DNA of 63,503 nucleotides, the filler included, from Chiloscyllium plagiosum (taxonomy: Eukaryota): the NCBI RefSeq assembly GCF_004010195.1. It is 3 parts of one record of this genome, joined end to end, with 100 filler letters (N's around TTAATTAATTAA, not from the genome) between each part and the next. Parts side by side here need not be neighbours in the genome. Positions count along the whole stretch, not along the records: positions 43,540 to 63,503 come from NC_057714.1; 2 more parts are not named here. One strand, 5' to 3'. The notes under the pieces were generated by a model. That model made no database searches. It was given only the letters and a program-made list of their open reading frames with translations, and was not told where the DNA came from. This document shows positions 50,579 through 62,564 of the stretch, one piece after another. How positions within the stretch are numbered: position 1 is the stretch's first letter; every line of letters begins with the position of its first letter. The position numbers and the translations under genes were made by a program.

Positions 50579-51399
50579 TAGGAAAGTATTTACTTATGCA
50601 AAGGGTTATTAAAACCATTGTAATTAAGTGTAATAAGTTGGAATAACGGCTGGTATAGCATTTGTATGCATTGTATATATATTCTTCTGAAATCTTTTGA
50701 CTACATTAAGTGGGATGCGCATTTCAAGCTATACGCAAGGTAATACTAAGGAAGAATCTTAATGCATTTGTTTAAAAATGTGATTTGAAACATTTCTGCC
50801 TGCAATGTTAACTTCAAATTCATGTCAGTAATATTTATAACTCCAGCTGCCATCATTATTGGTAAGATGCAAAGATCAATTCAGATGACACAATGTCATC
50901 CTGGTCATAGCTTTATTTCAGTGATGTAACCAGATCAATCTGCGAATTTTGGATTTTGGGGGGCATTATGCAAAACCAGACAATGCTAGAAATTCCCACC
51001 AGGTCAGACAGCATCTATGAAGAGAAGAGTTAACATTATAGAAGCATCTCTAGCCCTCAACCTGAGGACAGAAAGCCCCACCTATAAAGACCTGGGTCCC
51101 AATTAGTCGGGGCTGATGTATGCTCTGTCCTGGCCCAGTGTGCAACCAACCTACACCCATGCAGGCAGCTTGTAGACTTTGCACAATGATGGCATTCAGC
51201 CAGCAGTAAATAACTGTTGATTCATGTCACAGCACAGGGCTCAAGTTTGTATGACACAAGCTCCACTTGAAGCTTAGCCTGCACTACTCAATATGCAACT
51301 CTTCAAGAGGAACTGCGCATAAGTGCAGATACTGCTACTAGCTATAAAATGAAGTACAAGGAAGAAACATGCTGATTATAACACAACATTTAAGTGCCA

Positions 51400-51970
51400 T
51401 GCTTGAAGGTTCTCTAATGCTGGGCTGCATGCCTTGGCAGGAGAGAGGACTACAGAGAACCAAGGAATTCTCCAGACAAACTCTGCTAAATTTGTGGAAC
51501 AGATAGCTCTGGTTGTAACTGCCAGGAGTTTAGTCTGAGAACCTGAATACAGTGCTGTAATATGTTCAATAATCTCACACAAGGTCAAGGTCAGTGAATT
51601 TATGTTCTAATGATACAATCTCATCAACTATTAGCATCACATTAGTATCACTAGCGTACACATACTGCTCAGTGTACTACACCCTCATCAACCAACCACC
51701 AATAATCTCTGTCAATGGCAACACATGCAATACTTTCATAGCTTCAGCTCAGCTTCATACATTTAACACTGCTTATCTCACAGCTTGCACATGCTGCCAG
51801 CTAGTCAATAATGTCAGCCAAAGACATTGTACACCCCACTCATACACCTTTCTTTTGCAGGACAAATTGAAACAAAGCCAGATGCAATAGCACTGAAACA
51901 CCAGAGAACAGGTGACTCTCTATGTCCTAACCCCATGGAGGAGCCAGTGCTCACCATTATTGGAATGGCT
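51400..51970 (+). mobile_element. Harbinger Myb/SANT-like gene relic with intron 51590-51860
   Basis: RFSNAGLHALA, WEQIALVVTARSLV, IQCCNMFNNLT, aag|gtcagt ... ttttgcag|DKL.., NPMEEPVLTIIG; multiple stops and frameshifts. Confidence 0.6.
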
Positions 51971-52414
51971 ATACCTAATGTGTGTCCTGCCACGTGGCTG
52001 AAATATAGTAGATGATAATATGCTCATTTATGCTTATATCTTACATTCCACTCTCCCTTTACTTCACTCCATTCTGATTTACAAGCCACAGGTAATGAAA
52101 TCAAACATCCCTTGTTTCCCCTTCTCTCTTAGCCCCTCATGCTTTAGTCCATTCAAACACTGAAGAAGTGCCAACCCTGCACTTTTTGAAAAAATGATAT
52201 GAAGTGCGAATTGGCTGTAGTGGATTGGGAAATGTTACAAAAAACAAGAATAGCGAATAGACAATAGCAAGCATTAAAAAATGGATGAATTACAAATTTG
52301 TTTATTCCTGTCTGGCGCAAAAGTGCAAAGAGAACAGTGGCCAACACTAATGACAGAAGTTATAATAGTATTAGCTGTAAGAAAAGAGGCTGACAAAATG
52401 TCAAGAAAAAGCAA

Positions 52415-53565
52415 TATGCCTGAGTATCAGTTGGAAAGTTAAGCTGAAAAATGAAGTTTAATCCAGACATGAGGTGATGGATTTTGGGAGATCAAACGCA
52501 AGAGGAAATTATACAGTAAATGGCAGGGTCCTTAAGACGACTGGTATTCAGAGGAATCTTGGGGTGCAAGTCCATAGCTCCCTGAAAGTGGCAACACACT
52601 GGATAAGGCGTTAAAGAAGGCATGCGCCATGCTTGCCTTCATAGATCAGGGCATGGAGTAAAACGATTGACATGTCATGTTGCAGCTGTATAAAAATTGT
52701 GCTAGGCCACATTTGACATTTTATGACAGTTCTAGTCTAGATTAGATTAGATTACTTACAGTGTGGAAACAGGCCCTTCGGCCCAACAAGTCCACACCGA
52801 CCCGCCGAAGCGCAACCCACCCATACCCCTACATTTACCCCTTACCTAACACTATGGGCAATTTAGCATGGCCAATTCACCTGACCTGCACATCTTTGGA
52901 TTGTGGGAGGAAACCGGAGTACCCGGAGGAAACCCACGCAGACACGGGGAGAACGTGCAAACTCCACAGTCAGTCGCCTGAGGCGGGAAATGAACCCGGG
53001 TTTCTGGCACCGTGAGGCAGCAGTGCTAACCACTGTGCCACCGTGCTGCCCACATTAGTTCCAATCATTCTTGGATGTTCAGGGCTTGGAGAGAGTGCAA
53101 AAGAGGTTTACCAGGATAATGCCTGATTGGAGTATATTAACCCCAAGGAGAGGTTGGACAAACTTAGGTTGTTTTTGCTGGAGTGTTGGAGGCTGGAGGG
53201 TGACCTGACAGAAGTATATTAAATTATGACGGGTGTGGATAGAGTGGATAGTCGGAGACTTTTCCCCAGAGTGAAAATTTCAAATTCTATGGGGCATAGG
53301 TTTAAGGGGACCAGGGAAAGTTTAAAGATGTGCAAGGCAACTTCCTTTTACACAGAGGATGGTAGTGCTTGGAATGTGCTGCCAGGAGAGGTGGTAGAAG
53401 CAGATATGATAGCAACCTTGAAAAGGCATCCAAATACACAGACAAACAATTACGGAATAGAGAGATACAGACCATATGCAGGCAGATGGGATTAGTTTGG
53501 AATGACAACATGGTCGTCACAGACATGGTAGGCAGATGGGCTTGCTCCTGTGTTGTACTATTCTT
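52415..53565 (+). mobile_element. CR1 3' fragment, interrupted by a SINE
   Basis: QRNLGVQVHSSLKVA, LERVQKRFTR, GDLTEVY. Confidence 0.85.
52736..53052 (-). mobile_element. Young tRNA-derived SINE (HE1/V-SINE type)
   Basis: CpG-rich; (attag)n tail; near-identical reverse complement of 61945-62252. Confidence 0.93.
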
Positions 53566-53967
53566 TGTTAACAGTTCAGAAGTCAGCAAAGGTTAACCAA
53601 GGGATGAATTAAGGAGGGGGAAACAGAGTATAAGTGTAAGCTTGCTGGGAACATAAGCACAGTCTGTAAATGTTTCTATAGTTATGTAAAAAGAAAAAAT
53701 AATTGGAGCAAATTAATATAGGTCCCTTACAGTCAGAAACAGAAGAATTTGTAATGGGGAACAAAGAAATGCCTGATGAACCAAATTCATACTTGGCTTT
53801 TGTCTTCACAAAGGAGGACATAGAGCTCAGTGAGAGGGAAGAACAGAAGCAAGTCTGTATTAGTAGAGAAATGGGATTGGAGAAGTTGATGGGATTGAAG
53901 GCTGATAAATCCCCAGGGCCCAATAATGTACATCCAGACTGCTTATGGAAGTGGCCCTAGAAATATT

Positions 53968-56325
53968 AGAACATAGAACAATACAGCACAGAATAGGCCC
54001 TTCAACCCTCGATGTTGCGCCGACCTGTGAACTATTCTCAACTCGTCCCCCTACACTATCCCAAAATCATCCATGTGCTTATCTAAGGGTTGTTTAACTC
54101 TCCCTAATGTGGCTGAGTTGACTACATTAGCAGGTAGGGCATTCCACACCCTTACCACTCTCTGTGTAAAGAACCTGCCTCTGACATCTGTCTTAAATCT
54201 ATCACCCCTCAATTTGTAGTTATGCCCCTTCGTACACGCTGACATCATTATCTTAGGAAAAAGACTTTCTAATCCTCTGCTCATCTTGTATGTCTCTATC
54301 AAATCCCCTCTTAACCTTCTTCTTGCAAATGAGAACAGACCCAAGTCCCTCAGCCTTTCCTCATAAGACCTTCCCTCCAGACCAGGCAACATCCTGGCAA
54401 ATCTCTGCACCTTTTCCAATGCTTCCACATCCTTCTTGAAATATGGGGACCAGAACTGTACACAATATTCCAAGTGTGGCCGCACTAGCATTTTGTATAG
54501 TTGCAGCATGATATTGCGGCTCTGGAACTCAATCCCTCTACGAATGAAACCTAACACACTGTATGCCTTTTTAACAGCACTATCCACCTGGGTGGCAACT
54601 TTCAGGGATCTATGTACATGGACTCCAAGATCCCTCTGCACATCCACACTGCCAAGAATCTTTCCATTGACCCAGTACTCTGCCTTCTTATTATTCTTCC
54701 CAAAGTACATCACCTCACATTTAGCTGCATTGAACTCCATTTGCCACCTCTCAGCCCAATTCTGCAGTTTATCCAAATCCCCCTGCAACCTGTAATATTC
54801 TTCCACACTATCCACTACTCCACCGACTTTAATATCATCTGCACATTTACTAATCCATCCACCTATGCCTGCGTCTAAGTCATTTATAAAAATGACAAAC
54901 AGCAGTGGTCCCAAAACAGATCCTTGTGGCACACCACTAGTAACTGGACTCCAGTCTGAATATTTTCCATCAGCCACCACTCGCTACCTTCTTTCAGAAA
55001 GCCAGTTTCTAATCCAAACTGCTAAATCACCCTTAATTCCATGCCTCTGCATTTTCTCCAACAGCCTACCATGTGGAAACTTATCAAAGGCATGTACACC
55101 ACATCAACTACCCTACCCTCATCTATAGGCTTGGTCACCTTCTCAAAAACCTCAATGAGGTTTGTGAGACACGACCTGCCCTTGATGAAACCATGTTGGC
55201 TATCTGAAATCAAATTGTTGTTTGCTAGATGATTATAAATCTTATCTCTTATAATCATTTCCAAACCCTTTCCCAGAACAGAAATAAGGCTCACTGGTCT
55301 ATAATTACCTGGGTCATCTCTGCTGCCCTTCATGAACAAGGGCACAACATTTGCAATCCTCTAGTCCTCAGGTACTAAACCCAGAGACAATGACGACTCA
55401 AATATCAAAGCCAAAGGCTCTGCTATCTCCTCCCTAGCTTCCCAGAGAAACCTTGGATAAATCCCATCTGGCCCAGGGGACTTGTCTACTTTCACTCAGT
55501 CTAGAATTGATAACACCTGTTCGTAACTAACCTCGATCCTTTCTAGACTAATATGTCATACCTCATTCTTCTCCTCTACAATATTCTCCTTTTCCTGAGT
55601 GAAAACCGATGAGAAATGTTCGTTTAGCACCTCTCCGATCTTCACAAGGCCCACACTCAATTTTTCATTTCTGTCTTTGACTGGCTCTATTCCTCTCCTA
55701 ATCATCCTTTTGTTCCTCACATATCTATAGAAAGCTTTAGGGTTCTCCTTTAGTCTATTTGCTAAAGACTGCTCGTGTCCTCTCTTTACTCTTCTTAACT
55801 CTCTCTTTAAATCCTTCCTAGCTGATCTGTAACTCTCCATCACCTCATCTGAACCATCTTGCCTCATCAACACATAAGCCTCCTTCTTCTTTGTGACAAG
55901 AGATGCAATTTCTGTTGTAAACCACGGTTCACTTACCTTATCACTTCCTCCCTGCCTGACAGGGATATATCTATCAGGGACACGCAAATCTGTTCCTTAA
56001 ACTAGCTCCACATTTCCATTGTCTGCATCCCCTGCATTTTGCTACCCCATTCTATGCATCCTAATTCTTGCCTAATCACATTATAATTGCCCTTGCCACA
56101 TCGATAACTCTTGACCTGTGGCATGTACTTATCCCTTTCCATCGCTAAACTAAACATAACTGAATTATGGTCACTCTCTCCAAAGTGCTCACCTACAACT
56201 AAATCATTACCAAGCACCAGATCCAATGTGGCCTCCCCTCTTGTCGGATCTTTGGCATATTGTATCAGGAAACCCTCTTGTACACATTGGACAAAAACTG
56301 ATCCATCCGACGTACTCGAGTTATT
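53968..56325 (-). mobile_element. Young CR1 LINE, ~2.35 kb, 5'-truncated
   Basis: 309-aa ORF with SGVPQGSVLGPLLFVIFINDLD, CADD, LEYCVQFWSP; upstream NYRPVSL, QHGFIKGRSCLTNL, PTRGEATLDLVL, SDHN; aacatag tail. Confidence 0.97.
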
Positions 56326-56675
56326 GCATTGTAGATGCATTGGTGATCTTCCAAGATTCTTCAGCCTCTTGAACTGTTCCTACAGATTGGAGAGCAGCTA
56401 ATGCAACCCCACTATTTAAAAAGGCACGTAGAGAGTAAACAGGGAATTATCGGCCAGCAATGTTGACATTGATAGTGGGAAGATGCTAGAATCCATTATA
56501 AAGGATTTGATGGTCGGCCACTCAGTTGTAGAATCAGAAACAGTCAGCTTGGATTTATAAAAGGGAAATCATGTTTGACAAATCTACTGGAATTCTTTGA
56601 GGATGTAGTGAGTAAAATGATCAGGGGAATCAATGAATATGGTTTATTTGAACTTTAAGATGGCTTTTGACAAAA

Positions 56676-56982
56676 GGGGTGGCACGATGGCTCAGTGGTT
56701 AGCACTGCTGCCTCACAGCACCAGGCATCTGAGTTCGATTCCTGCCTCAGGCCACCATCCATGTGGAGTTTGCATGTTCTCTCCATGTCTGCATGGGTTT
56801 CCTCACATAATCCAAACAAATGCAGGTCAGGCAAATTGGCCATGCTAAATTGCTGATAGCTTAGGTCCATTAGTCATGGGTAAATATAGGGGAGTGCGTC
56901 TGGATGGGTTACTCCTCGGAGGGTCGGTTTGGACTTGCTGGGCTGAAGGGCCTGTTTCCATACTGTAGGTAATCTAATCTAA
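56676..56982 (+). mobile_element. tRNA-derived SINE (HE1/V-SINE type)
   Basis: A box, B box gagttcgattcc, (aatct)n tail. Confidence 0.9.
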
Positions 56983-59019
56983 AATCCCACATAAGTAACT
57001 AATGCATAAAATTAAAGCACATGGGATTTGGGGTCGTGTATTGAGATAGAAAACAAACTGGTTTGCAGACAGGAAACAGAGTCAGAATAAACTAGTATTT
57101 TTCTGAGTGGCAGGCAGTGACTAATGGAGTGCCACAGGGATTGGTATTAGGTTCTCAGCTAGTCACAATATATGACTGAGATGAGGGAACTAAATGTAAA
57201 GTATCAATTTGCGGATGACACTAAGCTTGGTGGAAAGGTGAGCTGTGAGGAGGATGCAGAGATGGTGCAGTGTGATTTGGATGGACTGAATAAGTGGGTA
57301 AATGCACAACAGATGCAGTATAATGTGGATAAACATGAGGCTATTGACTTTGGTGATAAAAATAGGAAGGCAGATTATTATTTGAAAGGCTGATAGAGTG
57401 ATGTTCAATGAGACCCAGGTGTCCTCATGCTGCAATCTCTAAAAGTAAACATGTAGGTGCAGCAGACAGTAAAAAAGACAAAGTGTATGTTGGCCTTCAT
57501 AGTGAGAAGATTCATGTACAGGAACAAGGATGGCTTGCTGCAATAATACTGGGCATTGGTGAGGCTACACCTGGAATATTGCATGTAATTTTGGTCTCCT
57601 TATCTGAGGAAAGGTGTTCTTGCTGTAGAGGGAGTGTGGTGAATGTTTACCAGATTAATTCCTGGGATGGCAGGACTCATGTATGAAGAGCGATTGGGTT
57701 GATTAGGATTGTATTCTCTGGAGCTGACAAGGAGGAGGTGCCTGTCATAGAAACCGATAATATACTAATAGGAGTAAACAGGTAAGATAAAGGAAGTGTG
57801 TTCCCAATGATGGGGAAGTCCAGAACCAGGGGGCTAGGATTAGGATATTGAGCTTGATGATCAGCCATGATCTTATTGAATGGCAGTGCAGGCTCAAGAG
57901 GTCAAGTGGCCTACTCCTGCTTCTGTTTTCTATGCTTCTATGATATGGCGGGGCAACCCTCCTGCAAGTGCAAGTTAGCAACCTTACACTGGTTGAAAGC
58001 CAATTAAAATCCATTGTAAGATGTCACCTGGAATATTTCAATCTGCTTCTGGGTTTGCTAAGGTGTTAAGGAACAGGCTTGATGCCTATCGGAAGCCTCA
58101 CAACCGCAGGTCAAGGAGCCAATACACCAAGCAGGCATTGATGCTTTTCATGTCTGCCTGGTCTCAGCCATGTCTGCAGCCTGCTTTGTTTTCCCACCAC
58201 TGTGTAAGTCCAGCTGCACAGGGGACTTTTCATATTCAACTGTTGAAATCTGTAGAGAGGATAATCCATCTTAAGGAGCCCACTCTTTCTCTTACCTAGA
58301 ACCAACTGCCTCTTTAGTGCTGCAGAGCTTCCTATTGCTGCTCTAGCTTCAGGAACTATCGCACTGTCCTTAATTAAATGGTAAGCCTGTTCTCTGGATA
58401 CCAATTGGCTAATTTGTGGAAAAAGCACGCTGCTGAGCAACTGCTTCCCATACTGAGCATGCTTCTGACCCTCATTTGACACAGATACTGAGGACTGAAT
58501 TCTGGAATTGGTTTCAAAGAAAGTTTTAACTTGTTTGTACAAATATAATTATGTTTAGCATTATCATTTAACTGATATCTAATTTTAGTTCTCAAGTTCC
58601 CAGCCATGAGCAGGGTTTTAATAAAGGCTCCATTGAAAGAGCAGTTAAGCTTAGTTAATTAAACAAGTATTTGAAACCTGTTCCTCTGTAATTGAGTCCG
58701 ATTGGCCACTTGTGTTAAGAGGATGTCAAACAGGCTAATTAGTATGAATTATCACTGACTCCTACTTAAAATAAAAAGATGAAGTTAGATGATTAAAGGA
58801 CATGGAGAAAGAAAGGTGCTTTCATTTTGCACTTTTCCAATTTCAGAAAATTAATTCTTACTCTGTCAGAGGAGAAGAAGCTAATTGTTAGCTGAGTATC
58901 TGGTAGGTAACAAATGTTTATTCTCTTCCTAAGGGGCAAAATAGTTTAGAAAGTAGTGTGAAGGTTATTACAATAATTAAAAACACACATATGTGTATAA
59001 TCAAAATAATTAAGTAGTT

Positions 59020-60170
59020 AATTAAAACATTGAAAACAGTAGGATCTGTGAAATGCCACAGTGACAACACGTGGGAGGTTCTGGATTCCAGTTTGGTTTA
59101 GGACAAGTCCATCTCCAGCAAGTGATGAAGTTTGAGTTGCTTCGATTCAAAGGTTATGAGCTGGAAGCTGCACTACTGACTTTGTAATATATGAATAAAA
59201 AAGGAATGTTACCTCACTTATTTATACCAGGAGTCAGTCATAACTCAAGACCTTAAGAACAGGAGCTTGTGACTGAGAGTGAACCAGGTCGTGGGATCTA
59301 GAGGACAGCAACAGAGCAGCTTCAGCCTTTGCAGTTGTTTAATAGGTTTGAGGTTCTTTTCATGAAAAGGTGAAAGTGTGGCTGCAGTAGATGAGACAAA
59401 TAATCATGAGACCATGTCAATAAATCTCTTCAGGTAGAAGGTGCACAAAGGAATGTAATGGTAGTAAGAGACAGTAAATCAAAGGATTGCAACAGAGGGC
59501 AAATCCAGGTGGCTATGTTGCCTGTCTGTTGGCAGGATTTGAGACATATGCTCATGCTGGTGAAGAACTCATGGGAGTGTGGAGGAGAATCCACTTGTCA
59601 TGATTTATGTAGGAATGAACAATAGAAGGAAATTCTGCATAATCAATTTAAGGAGCCAGTGAAAACTCAAAGTATATAATCTCTGAATATTGCTGGAGCT
59701 ACATGCAAATTGGCATGGGGAAAACCAGATTTGAGAGAAGAATGCATTGCCCCACAGATCAGTGTGAGAGAATCAGATTCCAATTCGTGGGGCATTGGCA
59801 TCAACATTGGGAAAAGTCTGATCTTCACAGATGAGATAATCTTCACCTGAACCATTTTAGGACTGGGATGTTTTTTGTCAGCTGCATAACCAGGCAGCTA
59901 GAGGGAATATTAAACTAAATAGTGAGATCAAGATCAAATTTGGGATGATGTTGTAAATTAAAATGTAAAGGCAAAGCAAAAGAATAAGTTATCAATGTGG
60001 AAAATAATACCTATCCTGTGATAGGTAGGAATAGAGAGTACAAATCTAAGAATAAACCAACAGAAGACCAGAAGTTGTCAAAGTAATTAAAGGAAAAATC
60101 TGAAGGCACATAACATTTGAAATAAACTGGTGAACTAAGAAATAATTATGTATGATCTGGTAGCCATTAG
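59020..60170 (+). mobile_element. Old CR1 ORF1 (esterase-like) relic
   Basis: LFNRFEVL, VMVVRDS, LCCLSVGRI, PLVMIYVGMN, IISEYC-like motifs; heavily decayed. Confidence 0.55.
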
Positions 60171-60261
60171 AATATAAGTCCCTAAAAGGTAAGAGCAGAA
60201 ATAAGTCATCTAACACATCCAGTCTACTCTGCCATTCAATAAGATCACTAACACTTGGGTA

Positions 60262-60570
60262 TGTAATGGCCGAGTGGTATTATCACTAGACTGTTAATCC
60301 AACAACTAGTTGGTACAATGGCAGAAGCTGGAGTTTGAATTCAATAAGATCAGAAGATATTGGAATTCAAAGTCTAATCATGACCATGAATCCATTGTTT
60401 CTTTTCAGGAAAAACCCATCCGGCTCACTAATGTGGGAAGGAAACTGCCATCCTGGCCTACAAGTGACCCCAGACCCACCGCATTATGGTTGCCTCTTAA
60501 CTGTCTTCTGGGCAATTAGGGATGTGCAATGTGTGCTGGCCTAGCCAGCGACCCCCTCCTCTCAATGAAT
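60262..60570 (+). mobile_element. Second SINE family (SacSINE1/DeuSINE-like)
   Basis: tggccgagtggtattatcactagact head; homologous to 36605-36920. Confidence 0.7.
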
Positions 60571-60702
60571 ATCTCACAACCTCCACATTTGTTGTTTTGC
60601 CTCTTGATTCTCTTACTGACTAAAAAATCAGTCTGTCAACCTTGATATGCTTGACAACCCAGCCTTGTCAGCCCTCTGCAGCAATAAATGTCACAGATTC
60701 AC

Positions 60703-61311
60703 TAGAAGTATTGAGTTCAGGAGTTGGGAGGTCATGTTGAGGCTGTACAGGATATTGGTTAGGCCACTGTTGGAATATTGCATGCAATTCTGGTCTCCTT
60801 CCTATTGGAAAGATGTTGTGAAACTTGAAAGGGTTCAGAAAAGATTTACAAGGATGTTACAGAGTTGGAGGATTTGAGCTATAGGGAGAGGCTGAATAGG
60901 CTGGGACTGTTTTTCCCTGGAGTGTAGGAAGCTGAGGGGTGACCTTATAGAGGTTTACAAAATTGAGGGGCACGGATAGGGTAAATAGACAAAGTCTTTT
61001 CCCTGGGGTGGGGCGTCCAGAGCTAGAGGGAATAGATTTAGGGTGAGAAGGGCAAGATATGAGACCTAAGGTGCAATTTTTTTCTCACAAGGTGGTACGT
61101 ATATGGAATGAGCTGCTAGAGGAAGTGGTGGAGGCTAGTACAATTGCAACATTTAAAAGGCATCTGGATGGGTATGTGAATAGGAAGGGTTTGGAGGGAT
61201 ATGGGCTGGGTGCTGGCAGGTGGGACTAGATTGGGTTGGGATATCGGGTCGGCATGGACGGGTTGGACCACAGAGTCTATTTCTGTCCTATACATCTCTG
61301 ACTCTGACTCT
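60703..61311 (+). mobile_element. Young CR1 3' end
   Basis: IEFRSWEVMLRLYRILVRPLLEYCMQFWSP; (ctctga)n tail. Confidence 0.93.
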
Positions 61312-61314
61312 AAA

Positions 61315-61935
61315 TTCCTTTTCCCCTCTCATAAATGGAGAGATTTATCATCTCTCTCTCAGAAGTGTTTGCTTTCCACCACCTTCTGGATAAAAAGGCT
61401 TTCCCTTCCATTTTTTTTCTAAACCTTCTTCCCCTGACTTTTTAAATCTAAGCCCCTGGTCATTAATCCCTCCATCAATGAGAAATGTTACTTCCTGTCT
61501 ACCTATCTATGACCCTTAAAAAAATTTATACATCTCAATCACGTCTGCTTGAAGGAAAGTAACATCAATCTGTGCAGTAGAGATACAACTTCATAAGTGA
61601 ACATCTCCAGCACAGACAATGTCCTGGTAAATCTCTTCTGCACCCTCTCTGGTGCTATTGTGTCCTCCTTATAGTGTGGATTCCAGAAATGCACACAGTA
61701 CTCCAGCTATGGCCTAACGAAAGGTTATACACTTCCAACACAGCCTCTTAATTGCTGTGCTTTGACTAATGATGGTAAGCATGCCATATGCCATCTTAAC
61801 CACTTTATCCACCCATCCTGATAACTTGAGGGACCAATCTACATTCATACCAAGGTCCTTTCCAGTGTTCTAACAAATATTATGTATTCCCTTGCCTTAT
61901 TTGTCCTTCCCAATGGCATCATCTCACGTTATCCT
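61315..61935 (-). mobile_element. Old CR1 3' fragment
   Basis: Minus strand RP*LEYCVHFWNPHYKED..APERVQKRFTR. Confidence 0.75.
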
Positions 61936-61944
61936 GATTAGAAT

Positions 61945-62252
61945 TGGCACAGTGGTTAGCACTGCTGCCTCACAGCGCCAGAGACCCGGGTTCAATTCCT
62001 GCCTCAGGCGACTGACTGTGTGGAGTTTGCACGTTCTCCCCGTGTCTGCGTGGGTTTCCTCCGGGTGCTCCGGTTTCCTCCCACAGTCCAAAAGATGTGC
62101 AGGTCAGGGTGAATTGGCCATGCTAAATTGCCCGTAGTGTTAGGTAAGGGGTAAATGTAGGGGTATGGGTGGGTTGCGCTTCGGCGGGTCGGTGTGGACT
62201 TGTTGGGCCGAAGGGCCTGTTTCCACACTGTAAGTAATCTAATCTAATCTAA
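61945..62252 (+). mobile_element. Young tRNA-derived SINE (HE1/V-SINE type)
   Basis: B box gggttcaattcc; (aatct)n tail. Confidence 0.93.
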
Positions 62253-62564
62253 AATTTGCCACTGAGATCAGCCCATCCTATCCATGTGTAGTCTAAGGTT
62301 TCATTGGTCCCATAGAAAGGTAGTTGAGCCAATTACTAATGGATATTGAAGAGATTCCTGAAGTATTGAAAAGATATATTTTGCATTGATTATACAGGGT
62401 GCAAGTAACATTTCAGCAGTAGCTAGAAAATGGAATGGATGGAAGAAATTGTGAAAAATCACACTCACCAGGAAAGGGGTACTGAGCAAATTGTTTCAAC
62501 TAAGGGCCTAACAAGGGCATGGTTCCTGATGGACTGTAGCCTAAGGTTTTACAGATGTCACTAG

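Larger units (their letters stand above)
53580..57938 (+). mobile_element. Older CR1 ORF2 split by a young CR1 (53968-56325) and a SINE (56676-56982)
   Basis: LKADKSPGPNNVHP..EVALEI (to ~53965) resumes as VDALVI at ~56331; then KGKSCLTNLLEFFE, QFADDTKLGG and the 3' end. Confidence 0.85.

Noticed and set aside
51861..52015. ORF after the strong acceptor as GPR158 exon 4
   Set aside because: Lacks the expected CLPC.EGC..C motif and first transmembrane helix; better explained as a Harbinger relic.
54051..54980. 309-aa RT ORF as an active gene
   Set aside because: Part of a 5'-truncated CR1 with upstream frameshifts and small deletions.
58021..58607. ORFs of 77-143 aa in apparently unique sequence
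   Set aside because: No recognisable domain or convincing paired splice sites.
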